Source: Acidimicrobiia bacterium
GTDB lineage: Bacteria; Actinomycetota; Acidimicrobiia; UBA2766
Direction of reading: 5' to 3'
Length of the DNA stretch: 64,000 bases
NCBI GenBank assembly: GCA_046331095.1
Contig: JAXLRM010000004.1
Location: 324,316 to 388,315, forward strand
Below, piece by piece: positions 1 through 10,610 of the stretch. The first letter of the stretch is position 1; each line of letters opens with the position of its first letter. Below the pieces are notes generated by a model. The model was not told where the DNA came from and searched no databases. It saw only the letters and a program-made list of their open reading frames with translations. A program made the translations under genes and the position numbers.

Positions 1-1191
1 ACGACGGACCTGCTGATCCGCTTCTCGACCGTCGCCGGCGAGATGGGCAGCCCCGACACCTGGCGCGACGTGCGCGGCTTCTCGCTGAAGTTCTACACAT
101 CCGAGGGCAACTACGACCTCGTCGGCAACAACACCCCGGTCTTCTTCCTGCGCGACCCGATCAAGTTCCCCCACTTCATCCGCAGCCAGAAGCGCCTGCC
201 CGACTCGGGCCTGCGTGACAACAACATGCAGTGGGACTTCTGGACCCTCAACCCCGAGACCGCACACCAGGTCGCGTACCTCATGGGAGACCGCGGCCTG
301 CCGCGCACGTGGCGGCACATGAACGGCTACGGCTCGCACACGTTCATGTGGGCCAACGCCGCCGGGGAGCGCTTCTGGGTCAAGTACCACTTCAAGTCGG
401 ACCTCGGTTGGGCGACGCTCACCAACGCGAAGGCAGCCGAGATCGCCGGCGCCGACGCCGACTACCACCGCCGCGACCTCTTCGAGGCGATCGAGCGCGG
501 CGACCACCCGTCGTGGACGCTGCACGTCCAGGTGATGCCCTACGCCGACGCCAAGACCTACAGGTTCAACCCCTTCGACCTCACCAAGGTCTGGCCCCAC
601 AGCGATTACCCGCTGATCCCGGTCGGCAGGATGACGCTGAACAGGAACCCCGAGAACTTCTTCGCCGAGATCGAACAAGCCGCGTTCTCGCCCGGCAACG
701 TCGTGCCCGGCATCGGGCTCTCGCCCGACAAGATGCTGCTCGGGCGCTCGTTCGCCTACAACGACGCCCAGCGCAACCGCATCGGCACCAACTTCCACCA
801 ACTCCCCGTCAACCGGCCCCGAGTCGAGACGAACACCTACATGTTCGACGGGCAGATGGCCTTCGAGCACTCCGCCGACGCAGCCGTCTACGCGCCCAAC
901 TCCCGAGGCCGGGGCTGGGCCGACGGCGGCGCCGCCGTCGAGGAGTCGTGGGCGATCGACGGCGAGATGGTCCGCAGCGCCTACTCCCTGCACGCCGAGG
1001 ACGACGACTTCGGCCAGGCCGCCACGCTGGTGCGCGAGGTCATGGACGACGCCGAGCGCGACCGGCTCGTCGCCCAGGTGGCCGGGAGCCTGAGCGGGGG
1101 AGTGCGCGCCGACGTGCTCGCGCGCGCCATCGGGTACTGGAAGAACATCGACGCCGAGGTCGGCAAGCGCATCGAGGACGCCGTGCGCTGA
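1..1191 (+). CDS. monofunctional heme catalase, C-terminal ~396 codons (5' end outside window)
   Basis: Frame-1 ORF is open to the window edge ([49 protein letters not shown]...PHFIRSQKR). This is typical catalase core sequence. Stop at 1189-1191. Confidence 0.95.
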   Translation, partial: TTDLLIRFSTVAGEMGSPDTWRDVRGFSLKFYTSEGNYDLVGNNTPVFFLRDPIKFPHFIRSQKRLPDSGLRDNNMQWDFWTLNPETAHQVAYLMGDRGLPRTWRHMNGYGSHTFMWANAAGERFWVKYHFKSDLGWATLTNAKAAEIAGADADYHRRDLFEAIERGDHPSWTLHVQVMPYADAKTYRFNPFDLTKVWPHSDYPLIPVGRMTLNRNPENFFAEIEQAAFSPGNVVPGIGLSPDKMLLGRSFAYNDAQRNRIGTNFHQLPVNRPRVETNTYMFDGQMAFEHSADAAVYAPNSRGRGWADGGAAVEESWAIDGEMVRSAYSLHAEDDDFGQAATLVREVMDDAERDRLVAQVAGSLSGGVRADVLARAIGYWKNIDAEVGKRIEDAVR

Positions 1192-1198
1192 GGCGGGC

Positions 1199-1870
1199 TC
1201 AGCGGGACCGCCGCGGCCGATCCCGCTTGGCGAACATGCGGTCGACCCATACCTGGCCGAGCCACTCGGCGAAGCGCTCGTCGGTCCAGCCGCGCTCGTT
1301 CACCAGGCGGTGCCACAACATCCCGTCGGTCATCGACCAGACGACGTCGAGGTACTCCTCCTCGCTCACCGCGAGCCGGCCGGTCGCGGCCGCCTCGGCG
1401 GCGAGCACGCCGATGCCGGCGAGGCGCTGGTGGCCCATCTCCTCGAGGAGCGCGGCCGCTGCCGGGTCGGCCCCCGCCGCAGACGCCACCATGATCTGGA
1501 ACGGGGCGACTCGCCGAGCCGTGCGGGTCGCCAACTCAGCGTGCATCCTCAGGCGCCGCCCGAGGTCGCGCTCGTCGCGGATCGCGAGCACCTCGGGCCG
1601 CTCGTGGAAGGCGACGTCCCGGTCGTCGCCGCCGACGGTGATGTCCCAGGCCCGCCGGAGCAGCTCGGCCTTGTTCCCGACCGACGCGTAGATCGTCTCG
1701 ACCGACACCCCCGCCGCCGCCGCGATGTCGGCGAGCGTGGTGCGGCCGTACCCGCGCTCGACGAAGAGGTCGCGGGCCGTGCGCACGATCGCCGCCCGCG
1801 TCTCGGTGGCCTGGGCGCGGCGCCGACTCGAGTCGTACGCACGCCGCTTGACAGTCCGGCGCGAATTCAT
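1199..1870 (-). CDS. TetR family transcriptional regulator
   Basis: N-terminal HTH RAAIVRTARDLFVERGYGRTTLADIAAAAGVSVETIY. ATG at 1870 (MNSRR) chosen over the upstream ATG at 1900. Divergent from the WS/DGAT gene. Confidence 0.9.
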   Translation of the reverse strand: MNSRRTVKRRAYDSSRRRAQATETRAAIVRTARDLFVERGYGRTTLADIAAAAGVSVETIYASVGNKAELLRRAWDITVGGDDRDVAFHERPEVLAIRDERDLGRRLRMHAELATRTARRVAPFQIMVASAAGADPAAAALLEEMGHQRLAGIGVLAAEAAATGRLAVSEEEYLDVVWSMTDGMLWHRLVNERGWTDERFAEWLGQVWVDRMFAKRDRPRRSR

Positions 1871-1885
1871 TACACATGCCCTGTA

Positions 1886-1913
1886 TTGACCTGAAGCCAT
1901 ATGTTACCATTAT
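1886..1913 (+). promoter_or_regulatory. candidate sigma-70-type promoter (TTGACC-N16-CATTAT)
   Basis: Lies in the only AT-rich patch of the TetR / WS-DGAT divergent region: TTGACC 1886-1891, 16-nt spacer, CATTAT 1908-1913. Sequence pattern only. Confidence 0.3.
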
Positions 1914-2153
1914 GGGGCAGCAATGGAAGCCGCCGCCGCCGACAACGCCGCCATCGGCAACGCCGCCGCCGACTGGAGCGCCGTCGCAGCGGCCTGGGAC
2001 TGATCGGCCGGCAACGCCGATCCGCCCCGGCCGCAGCGACGGATGCTCACCGGCCCCGAGCCGCTTCCCCGAGCCCCGAGCGTCCCGGCCGTGGGACCCG
2101 TAGGCTTGGCGCACACACAGGTCTCGGGAAGCGCGCGAGGACAGGGGAACCCG

Positions 2154-3530
2154 ATGGCGCAGCGGCGTTGGCTCTCGGGGATGGACACGGCGCTGGTCCA
2201 CGTCGAGCGGCCACCGGTGAGCATGAACATCGGCGCGCTCCTGATCTTCGCGGCGACCGACACGACCTTCGACGAGCTCCTCGCCCACATCGAGCGCCGC
2301 CTCGACCGCATCCCCCGCTTCCGCCAGCGCCTCGCCCTCGCACCCTTCGGCCTCGGGCGGCCGTCGTGGGTGGACGACGAGAACTTCGACCTCGGCTTCC
2401 ACGTGCGCAACGTCGGCCTCGGCGGCAGCAGGGACGAGGAGGCTCTCCTCGAGCTCTTCGGCCGCCTCGTGAGCATCCCCCTCGACCGGAGCCGGCCGCT
2501 GTGGGAGCTGTGGGTCATCGACCTCGACGACGGCCGCAAGGCGGTCATCCAGAAGGTCCACCACGCGATGGTCGACGGTGTCTCCGACGCCGACATGCTG
2601 CTCGCGCTGCTCGACCTCACACCCGCGCCACCCGCCGACGCAGGCCAGCAGCCCGCGGAATGGGAGCCCGAAGCGGCCCCGAGCGACCTCGCGTTGGTGA
2701 GGAGCGCCATCGGCCAGGGGATGGGCCGCCTCGCCGGTGCTGCCGGCCGGGCGCTCGACAGGCTGCGCCGCCCGGCGCGGACGGCGAAGGAAACCGCTCA
2801 CGTCGCGCAGGCGTTCACGGCCGCCGCCGGTGCCGTCGCGACACCCGCGCCTGCGACGTCGCTCACGTCGCCGATCGGGTCGCGGCGGCGCTTCGAGGTC
2901 GTCCGGGCGAGCCTCGACGAGGTCAAGGAGAAGAAGAACCGCCACGGGATGACCGTCAACGACGTCGTCCTCGCCGCCGTCACCAACGGCCTGCGTGATC
3001 TGCTGCTCGGCCGCGGCGAGGGCCTCGACGGCGCCCACCTGCGCGCGACGGTGCCGATGTCGGTGCGGGCCGCAGGTGCGGGCGGCGACCTTGGCAACCA
3101 GTTCGCGCCGCTGCTGGTGAAGCTGCCCGTCGGCGAGGAGGATCCTCTGCGGCGCCTCGCCGACCTGCACGCCCAGATGGAGCGCATGAAGGGGTCGGAC
3201 GCCGTCGCGAGCACCGACTCGGTCTTCGAGGTCTTCGACCTCGTCCCCACTTCGGTCATCTCGGTCGCGGTGCGGGCTCTGATCGGCCGCCAGCGCGTGA
3301 TGGACTTGATGATCACCAACATCCCCGGCCCGCCGATCCCCCTGTACTTCATGGGCGCCGAGCTGCTCGAGATCTTCCCGTACGTGCCGCTCGTGCAGCA
3401 CACCACCGTCGGCGTCGCGATCGTGTCCTACAACGGCCACCTCAACTTCGGGCTCTCCGGCGACTGGGACACGACCGCGGACCTCGGGATCCTCGCCGAC
3501 GGGATCACCAAGGGCCTCGGCGAGCTCTGA
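2154..3530 (+). CDS. wax ester synthase / diacylglycerol acyltransferase (WS/DGAT) family
   Basis: HHAMVDGVS active-site motif and N-terminus MAQRRWLSGMDTALVHVE typical of the family. ATG 2154 is preceded by AGGGGAA. Confidence 0.9.
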   Translation: MAQRRWLSGMDTALVHVERPPVSMNIGALLIFAATDTTFDELLAHIERRLDRIPRFRQRLALAPFGLGRPSWVDDENFDLGFHVRNVGLGGSRDEEALLELFGRLVSIPLDRSRPLWELWVIDLDDGRKAVIQKVHHAMVDGVSDADMLLALLDLTPAPPADAGQQPAEWEPEAAPSDLALVRSAIGQGMGRLAGAAGRALDRLRRPARTAKETAHVAQAFTAAAGAVATPAPATSLTSPIGSRRRFEVVRASLDEVKEKKNRHGMTVNDVVLAAVTNGLRDLLLGRGEGLDGAHLRATVPMSVRAAGAGGDLGNQFAPLLVKLPVGEEDPLRRLADLHAQMERMKGSDAVASTDSVFEVFDLVPTSVISVAVRALIGRQRVMDLMITNIPGPPIPLYFMGAELLEIFPYVPLVQHTTVGVAIVSYNGHLNFGLSGDWDTTADLGILADGITKGLGEL

Positions 3531-3554
3531 GGCTGGCGTCCCCGGTGGGGAACC

Positions 3555-4736
3555 TCAGCGGCGGCGGGCCAGGACGACCGCGATGCCGACGAGCACGGCC
3601 ATGAGCGCCGCCGCCGCACCGAAGAGCCACCCCGAACCCGCGTGCTCGTACACGAGCGGTGCCACGAACGCGGCGGCCCCGGCGGCGCCGATGCCCGCCG
3701 CGAGCGCGAGGCCCTGCCCCGTCGCGAGCAGGTGCGGCGGGCTGTCCTGGGCCACCGCTGCCTGCGTCCCCGGGAACGCGAACGCCCCTCCCACGGCTTC
3801 GAGCACCGCCATCGCCGTGATCAGCCCCGGCCGCTTGAAGAGGCCGTACGCGAGCGTCGTCGGGACGATCAGCACGAACGCCCAAGTGGAGATGCGCAGC
3901 GCTCCGAAGCGATCGCAGAGGCGTCCGCCGATCGGGGTGAGCAGCATGTAGGGCAATCCGAACAGGGCGAGGCCGACGCCGATGAACGCCGTCGACGCGC
4001 CGAGGTCGGTGAGCAGCCGTGACCACAGGCTGTCGTAGATGCCCACCGGGAACTCCAGAGCGACGGTCAGGACCACGCCGGCGAGGACGGGCTTGATGCG
4101 GACCAGGGTGCGGATACCGCCGTGGGTGTCGTGGTGGGAGCCGTCACGTCGGCCGGTCGCGGGGCGGCCCGCCATCACGGCGACGAACGCGACGAGGGTG
4201 AGTGCGGCGAGCACGTAGAACGGCGCACGCAGGCCGAAGTTGGCGGCGACGACGGCACCCAGCAGTGGACCGAGGGTGACGCCCGCTACGTCGAAGGCGC
4301 CGAGGTAGCCGAGGTTGCGGCCCATCCGGTCGGGGTCGACGCTCACGAGCCAGGCTCTCGCCGCGGGAACGAAGCAGCCGATCGCGAAACCCTCGATCGA
4401 GCGTGCGAGCACGAACTCCCACAGGGTCGATGCCGTGCCGATCCATACGAGGGCGAGCGTGGCCGCGCCCAAGCCGCCGTAGAGGAGCGCCTTGGTGTGG
4501 CCGCGGTCGGCGTATCGGGCCAGGCCGAGCTGGGCGGCGAGCGAGGTGAGGAAGGTGGCGCCCGAGATCAGGCCGAGGCCGGCGGTGGGCAGGCCGTGGG
4601 CATCCTGGAGCTGCGCGAGCAACGCGAACAGCACCCCGTAGCCCAACGAGAGGGCGAACTGGGCAGGGACGAGGACGCGCAGCGCGTGTGCGGACGCGTG
4701 CGCGCGCTCCTTGGCGTCTGTGGGTGCCGAGGTCAC
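3555..4736 (-). CDS. MFS transporter
   Basis: 393-aa polytopic hydrophobic protein with an MFS-like loop (ARYADRGHTK). The start overlaps the upstream stop by 4 nt. Confidence 0.8.
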   Translation of the reverse strand: MTSAPTDAKERAHASAHALRVLVPAQFALSLGYGVLFALLAQLQDAHGLPTAGLGLISGATFLTSLAAQLGLARYADRGHTKALLYGGLGAATLALVWIGTASTLWEFVLARSIEGFAIGCFVPAARAWLVSVDPDRMGRNLGYLGAFDVAGVTLGPLLGAVVAANFGLRAPFYVLAALTLVAFVAVMAGRPATGRRDGSHHDTHGGIRTLVRIKPVLAGVVLTVALEFPVGIYDSLWSRLLTDLGASTAFIGVGLALFGLPYMLLTPIGGRLCDRFGALRISTWAFVLIVPTTLAYGLFKRPGLITAMAVLEAVGGAFAFPGTQAAVAQDSPPHLLATGQGLALAAGIGAAGAAAFVAPLVYEHAGSGWLFGAAAALMAVLVGIAVVLARRR

Positions 4737-5281
4737 GGCAGAGATCGTGCCACGTGGGTCAGTGATCCTCGGGTGTGATTCCGGCTACGGAAGTGGGATC
4801 CGCCGACCAACACGACCTCGAGCTCGGGTGCCGCCTGGGCGAGGTCCGCGAACAAGCCGGGCAGGGTGCGACTTCGATAGCGGATTACGTGCCACAGGAA
4901 TCGCAGGCGGAGACGCTCGGCGCAACCGTCGGCCATCGAGGGGCGTGTGCGCCGGGCGTAACGCACCCGCCGGCGCAGGAGGCGCCAGATGCAAACGGCA
5001 GTGGGTACCTCCACAACGACAGCGATGTCGGCCAGGCGTGCCCGTCGCTCGAAACCGAGAGGGTGGTTGCCGTCGATCACCCATCCCGGCTTGGCGAGGA
5101 AGGCGTCGAGGTCGGCCAGGAAGTCGCCGATGTCACGTGGCCGCCAACCGGGTCGCCAGGCGATGCGGTCGAGGTGCAGGACAGGGATGCCTTTCGCGGC
5201 TGCCAAGTCCGTTGCCACGGTCGACTTCCCGCCTCCGCTGCAGCCGAGCACGAGCACACGTCGTGGCCCTTCGACTCCCAT
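4733..5281 (-). CDS. P-loop NTPase, adenylate-kinase / topology-modulation-protein-like
   Basis: Walker A GCSGGGKST. Only the 182-aa C-terminal part of track ORF 4733..6736 has protein-like composition. ATG at 5281 (MGVEGPRRVLVLG). Confidence 0.75.
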   Translation of the reverse strand: MGVEGPRRVLVLGCSGGGKSTVATDLAAAKGIPVLHLDRIAWRPGWRPRDIGDFLADLDAFLAKPGWVIDGNHPLGFERRARLADIAVVVEVPTAVCIWRLLRRRVRYARRTRPSMADGCAERLRLRFLWHVIRYRSRTLPGLFADLAQAAPELEVVLVGGSHFRSRNHTRGSLTHVARSLP

Positions 5282-5296
5282 CAGCGCGAGTGTAAC

Positions 5297-5440
5297 GCCC
5301 CGCGTTCGGGGTGGGGCCTCCTCCAAACGCGGGTGGTTTGGGGCGCTGGTGGGCCAGGTTGCCCGCGTTTGGGTCTGGGGCCTCTCCAAACGCGGGTGGT
5401 TTGGGGCGCTGGTGGGCCAGGTTGCCCGCGTTTGGGGGTG
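5297..5440 (+). repeat. family-A tandem hairpin repeat, 63-nt period, 2 full units plus a partial 3' arm
   Basis: Identical units at 5323-5372 and 5386-5435. Arms are CCAAACGCGGG / CCCGCGTTTGG around a 28-nt G-rich loop. Confidence 0.9.
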
Positions 5441-5442
5441 GG

Positions 5443-6855
5443 TCAGAGGCGGGCGTGGGCCTTGAGGCGCAGGTACGCGTCGACGAGTGCCGCCGAGAAG
5501 CGCTCCAGGGGGGCCTCGACGACCTCGACGCCGAGGCGGCGCAGGCTCGCGACCACGAGGCGCCGCCCGGTCTCGAGCTCGAGCGCCACGCCCTGCTCGA
5601 ACGCGGCCGCGACCGTGGGCGGGTCGTCGCGGATGGTCGCGTCGAAGTCGGGGTCGAGGACCGACGCGACGACGACGAGGTGATGGCGGGCCAGGTACGG
5701 GACGGCGTCGAGGAGCCGCCGTGACGACGACGGCTCGAGCAGGTCCGTGAACAGGACGATCAACGAGCGCTTCATCCCCCCCGCGACCCTGAACGCGAGG
5801 GCGTAGTCGGACTCGACCCGCCGCGGCTCCATCGTGCACATCGCCGCCAGGGTCAGGTCGGTCTTGTTGCGGGCGGGCGGCATCCGCGTGTGCACGCGCT
5901 CGTCGAAGGCCACGAGGCCGACGCGGTCGTCGAGGCGACCGCACGCGAACGCCATCGCAGTCGCGGCGTTGAGCGCGGCGTCGAGGCGGCGGATCGGGCC
6001 GACCGGCGCCGCCATGAGCCGCCCGGTGTCGACGAGGAAGACGACACTCTGGTTGCGCTCGATGCGGTACTGGCGTGCGACCGGGGTCTGCTTGCGAGCC
6101 GTAGCGTGCCAGTCGATCATGCGGAAGTCGTCGTCGGGGCGGTACTCGCGCAGGGACTCGAAGTCCGTGCCGATGCCGAGCATCTTGGCCCTGCGCATGC
6201 CGACGTCGTCGCGCCGCTGACGCACGCCGAGCTCGAGGCGCCGTGCCTCGTGCAAGTTGGGGTAGACCGACACCGCCGTCGCCGAGCAGACCGCGTAGCG
6301 GCGGCGCATCAACCCGAGCGGGCTCGCCACGTCGAGGAGGAGCGGTTCGACGCGGTGGCGGCCGCGGCGGACGCCGGTCACCTCGAAGGTCGCCGACGCG
6401 TAGGACCCCGGCGCGACCGTGATCGCGACGCTGTCGACCGGGGCCACGAGCGGAGTGGGCAGCGGAAGGTAGATCCGGCCCGACACCGGGCGCGCCGCGG
6501 TGTTCGTGACCGATACGACCATCGACTCGGAGACACCGAGGGACAGCAGCCGCGGCACCCGCCGCGTCCCGGCGAGCTGATGCGGCCGTGGCAGGCGGCG
6601 TGCGTCGACCACGGCGGCGGCGACGCATGCAGCGTCGAGTGCGAGCAGGGTCCAGCCCGCCACCGGGGACCGCGTGAGCGCGGTCACCACGAAGTGGCCG
6701 AGACCGACCACGCCGACGACGACTGCGAGACGCCAAGTGGGCGCCAGGCTCGGCCGTGGCTGTCGCGGCACTCCCTCGGGCGTGCCGTCGTCGGTGGCAC
6801 CGAGGCGGCGCCGGTCCACCCGCTCGGGCGACTGGGGGACGAACGTGTCCGTCAC
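5443..6855 (-). CDS. DUF58 domain protein (MoxR-associated)
   Basis: YRPDDDFRMIDWHATARKQTPVARQYRIERNQSVVFLVD motif and an N-terminal TM segment. GTG start at 6855. Directly downstream of MoxR. Confidence 0.85.
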   Translation of the reverse strand: MTDTFVPQSPERVDRRRLGATDDGTPEGVPRQPRPSLAPTWRLAVVVGVVGLGHFVVTALTRSPVAGWTLLALDAACVAAAVVDARRLPRPHQLAGTRRVPRLLSLGVSESMVVSVTNTAARPVSGRIYLPLPTPLVAPVDSVAITVAPGSYASATFEVTGVRRGRHRVEPLLLDVASPLGLMRRRYAVCSATAVSVYPNLHEARRLELGVRQRRDDVGMRRAKMLGIGTDFESLREYRPDDDFRMIDWHATARKQTPVARQYRIERNQSVVFLVDTGRLMAAPVGPIRRLDAALNAATAMAFACGRLDDRVGLVAFDERVHTRMPPARNKTDLTLAAMCTMEPRRVESDYALAFRVAGGMKRSLIVLFTDLLEPSSSRRLLDAVPYLARHHLVVVASVLDPDFDATIRDDPPTVAAAFEQGVALELETGRRLVVASLRRLGVEVVEAPLERFSAALVDAYLRLKAHARL

Positions 6856-6873
6856 GGTCGACCCGTCAGCCCG

Positions 6874-7806
<933 letters not shown>

Positions 7807-7813
7807 TGTCGTA

Positions 7814-8962
7814 TCACCCTGTGAGCTGGCGGCGCAGCGCGGTCGCGCCTGCCGCGATGGACCGGAACCCTAGGGGGTCCGCCGGGGAGCCATGGAGGAT
7901 GGCGGCCACCGCGTCGGGGTCGAGACCTGCCCGTGGCGCAGCGGCCACGAGCTGGTCGTCGGTGGCGTCGCCGCCGAGGCCGGTCGCGCGGCGCAGGCGG
8001 TCGCGCAGGTCGGCCTTGATGGGCTCGGTTGCCGCGGCGTAGCCGCCGGCGTCCGCGTAGCTGCGGGCGAGCGCTTGCACGTACTCGATGCGCCGTCGCG
8101 GTGGTACCTCCGGTTCGGGCCGCACCGGCCCGCGGCGGACCGCGGCCGCGAACGCGGCGACGACGGCGACCACCACGATCTGCAAGAGGGCGTACTGGAA
8201 CGTGCGCGGCAAGTAGCCGAAGGTCCCGGGCAGCCGTGCGGGTTGGTGGTGGTACTGGTCGAAGACGACGGGGCCGGGGACGTCGCCGACGACCGCGGTG
8301 GCGAAGCCGGCGTTCTCGCCCTCCGCAAGGCCGTCGTTGGCGAACACCGCCGCGTCGGCGGTGCCGACGACGATGCCGCCGCCGGGAATGCGGTACCGCA
8401 CGGCGTAGGCGGACTCGTCGTCGCCACGCGGCGCGTACAGGACCGTGGCGTCTCCGGGGTCGAGGAGACGTGACGGTCCGCCCGCGATCGTGAGCTCCCC
8501 GGCCCCGGCGGTCTCGGGGGCGTCGTCGACAGCGACCACGGTGGGGGTGGGCGCGATCGTGAGCGTCGCGGCGCTGTCGAGGCCAGGGACCAGCTGACGC
8601 AGGACCTTGGGGTCGGTGTCGCCCGTGACCAAGAGCTTGCGCCCCGGCGTGTCGAGCCACGTGCCGAGGGCCTCGACCTCCTGCACGCTCACCGACTCCG
8701 CCGCGTCGAGTACCACGACGCCGGTGTCGGGCAGGTCGCCGTCGTCGAGTGCGCGCTCGCGCGTCCCGACCTGGTAGCCGAGGCGACGCAGCGTCTCCGC
8801 CCACGCGTAGGCGCCGTCACGGCCGCGGTTGTCGACCGAGCCGGGCGACTCGGCGGGGTCGGTGCCGACGGTGGAGCCGCCGATGAAGGACATCACGAGT
8901 GCGAACACCACGAGTGCCGCAGCGAGGACGAGCAGGACGGCGGTGCCGCGACCGCTCTTCAC
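7814..8962 (-). CDS. DUF4350-like membrane-anchored protein of the MoxR cluster
   Basis: N-terminal signal anchor (VKSGRGTAVLLVLAAALVVFALV) and cluster position. GTG 8962 gives a GTGA overlap with the upstream stop. The alternative ATG 9019 would overlap it by 61 nt. Confidence 0.65.
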   Translation of the reverse strand: MKSGRGTAVLLVLAAALVVFALVMSFIGGSTVGTDPAESPGSVDNRGRDGAYAWAETLRRLGYQVGTRERALDDGDLPDTGVVVLDAAESVSVQEVEALGTWLDTPGRKLLVTGDTDPKVLRQLVPGLDSAATLTIAPTPTVVAVDDAPETAGAGELTIAGGPSRLLDPGDATVLYAPRGDDESAYAVRYRIPGGGIVVGTADAAVFANDGLAEGENAGFATAVVGDVPGPVVFDQYHHQPARLPGTFGYLPRTFQYALLQIVVVAVVAAFAAAVRRGPVRPEPEVPPRRRIEYVQALARSYADAGGYAAATEPIKADLRDRLRRATGLGGDATDDQLVAAAPRAGLDPDAVAAILHGSPADPLGFRSIAAGATALRRQLTG

Positions 8963-9714
8963 ACCGTCGCCCTCGGGACGAAGGCTTCGCGGACCCTGGT
9001 CCATCCCGACCGCGACCACTGCACCGCGTCAGGGCCCATCTCGTAGTGTCCGAAGGTGGCGTCCTCCATCAGCCGGTTCAGGTGCCGGAGGTCCTCCGGC
9101 GCGGCGCCCGGCGCGAGGTCGGCGACGATGTGGACGTACTCGCCGTTGGGCCGGCCCGGTTCGAACTCGACGAGGCCGTCTTCGTCGAGGCCGAGCAGGC
9201 CGGCGTAGTGGAGGAACCGGACCGCGTCGGCGCAGCGCCCCGCGGCTTCGGCCGTTGCCGCGCGTTCGCGCCACTGCGCCGCCGTGAGAGCCTCGATGTC
9301 GTCGGCAGCCGCGGCGGTTCCGGTCTCCACGTCGACCGCGTCTTCCTCGTCCCCGCCGTCGCGGGAACGACGGCCTCCCGCGCTGCGCACGAGGGCGACG
9401 ATCGCGTAGCCGATACCCGCGGCGGCGGCGCCCACGAGCAGGTACGCGAGGACGTGGCCGACGGCGCCGAACGCGGACCCCGCCGGGGACTGGACCCGGG
9501 GTTGCTGCTCGTCGGGAGGCTTGTCGAGCCCGAGCTCGTCGACGACGTCGCGGGCGACGCGTTCGGCGTGCTCGGGAGGCTCGACCGGCGCGGTCTCGGT
9601 CCGGGCCGCCGCGACGTCGGTCCGGGCCGCCGCGACGTCGAGCCGCGCGGGGGCGAGCAGCACCAGGACGACGCTTGCAGCGGCGACCACCGACTCCAGG
9701 AGACGTCTGCTCAT
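8959..9714 (-). CDS. DUF4129-like membrane protein of the MoxR cluster
   Basis: 251-aa C-terminal part of track ORF 8959..10476. It has an N-terminal signal or TM segment, an internal TM segment, and a C-terminal region (GRPNGEYVHIVADL...MEDATFGHYE) typical of DUF4129. ATG 9714 forms an ATGA overlap. Confidence 0.6.
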   Translation of the reverse strand: MSRRLLESVVAAASVVLVLLAPARLDVAAARTDVAAARTETAPVEPPEHAERVARDVVDELGLDKPPDEQQPRVQSPAGSAFGAVGHVLAYLLVGAAAAGIGYAIVALVRSAGGRRSRDGGDEEDAVDVETGTAAAADDIEALTAAQWRERAATAEAAGRCADAVRFLHYAGLLGLDEDGLVEFEPGRPNGEYVHIVADLAPGAAPEDLRHLNRLMEDATFGHYEMGPDAVQWSRSGWTRVREAFVPRATV

Positions 9715-10610
9715 CCTGCGGCCTCGAGCTCGTCGAGGAGGATCACGATGTCGAGGCCCTCGCGGCGCACCCTGGCGTCGAGGTATGCCGACGCTGGGAT
9801 ACCCGCCGAAGCGGCGCACGCGAGTGACGTCGTGAGCCATGCGAGCGCACCGGCGATGGCGTGACTGAGCACCGACGCGCGGTCGAGTGGCAGGTGGTCG
9901 CGCAGCTCGTCGGCGCCGATCCAGACTCCGAGCGCGAGCACACCCGAGACGATGCCGCAGAGGACCTGGGCGAGATAGGGGCCCCACATCCCGCCGAAGC
10001 GGACGAGGCCGGCGCTGCGCCGCAACACGCCGACGGAGCGGGAGCTGCGCGGCTCCGCGACGGCCACGCAGAACCCGGGCAACCACAGCGACGAGACCAG
10101 CACCGCCACCTGAACGAGCAGGAGCCAGACCACGAACGCCGCCCAAGTGGCGTCGGCCAGGCCTGCGCCGATCGGCCAGGCAAGCAGGCCGACGAGCACG
10201 AACGGGATCGCCCACACGGCGAAGACGCCCACGCTCGCCGGGACCGGGGTCGGCGCGAACGCGTCGGTCTCCCACAGCGACGCGAGCGCGCGACGCGACG
10301 CGAACGCGTAGGTGAGACCGACGGCGAGGAGAGGCGCGGTGACGTCGACGGCGAACACGAGGCCGGTCGCATCGGCGCCTGCGACACGCCCCCCGCCGGT
10401 GACCGCGATGCCGACCAGGGTGCGCAACACGGCTGGGCCGAGCGCGCACAGGGCAGCGGTCCGGACGAAGCGCCACGGACTCTGCAACACGATCGTGAGC
10501 GCGGTGTCGAAGAGCTGCGCCGGCCCCGACGGGGCGAGCGCATGTGCGTCGCCGCCGGGTGCGGCGTCGTCACCCGTGTTGGGACGTCTGGTTGCCACCG
10601 CCCATATCAT
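9711..10610 (-). CDS. polytopic integral membrane protein, first gene of the MoxR cluster
   Basis: Multiple hydrophobic helices. The start is uncertain. ATG 10610 (MIWAV) would overlap the divergent iscS-like ATG 10609. Confidence 0.55.
   Translation of the reverse strand: MIWAVATRRPNTGDDAAPGGDAHALAPSGPAQLFDTALTIVLQSPWRFVRTAALCALGPAVLRTLVGIAVTGGGRVAGADATGLVFAVDVTAPLLAVGLTYAFASRRALASLWETDAFAPTPVPASVGVFAVWAIPFVLVGLLAWPIGAGLADATWAAFVVWLLLVQVAVLVSSLWLPGFCVAVAEPRSSRSVGVLRRSAGLVRFGGMWGPYLAQVLCGIVSGVLALGVWIGADELRDHLPLDRASVLSHAIAGALAWLTTSLACAASAGIPASAYLDARVRREGLDIVILLDELEAAG

Noticed and set aside
1536-3440. Very long Arg/Pro/Gly-rich ORFs that lie antisense to, or out of frame with, recognisable genes. 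Examples are 1536..3440(-), 5890..7824(+), 19956..21380(-), 21532..23205(-), 26353..28248(-), 47747..49804(-), 53259..55397(-) and 53555..56752(+).
   Set aside because: Their composition is typical of non-coding frames in a very GC-rich genome, where stop codons are scarce. Each overlaps a gene with clear family motifs, and none has a recognisable domain.
5297-5440. Tandem repeat arrays as CRISPR arrays (also 13741-13935, 25139-25249, 47725-47835 and 60679-60794).
   Set aside because: The whole 61-64 nt unit is repeated head to tail with no unique spacers. There are only 2-3 units per array, and no cas genes are in the window.
5311-5724. Track ORFs that translate the repeats into repeated peptides, for example PNAGGLGRWWARLPAFG twice and VSSNAGG.WRWR.GLPAFGG.
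   Set aside because: The peptide repetition simply mirrors the DNA repeat. These ORFs have no RBS, run into antisense of real genes, and their composition is not protein-like.
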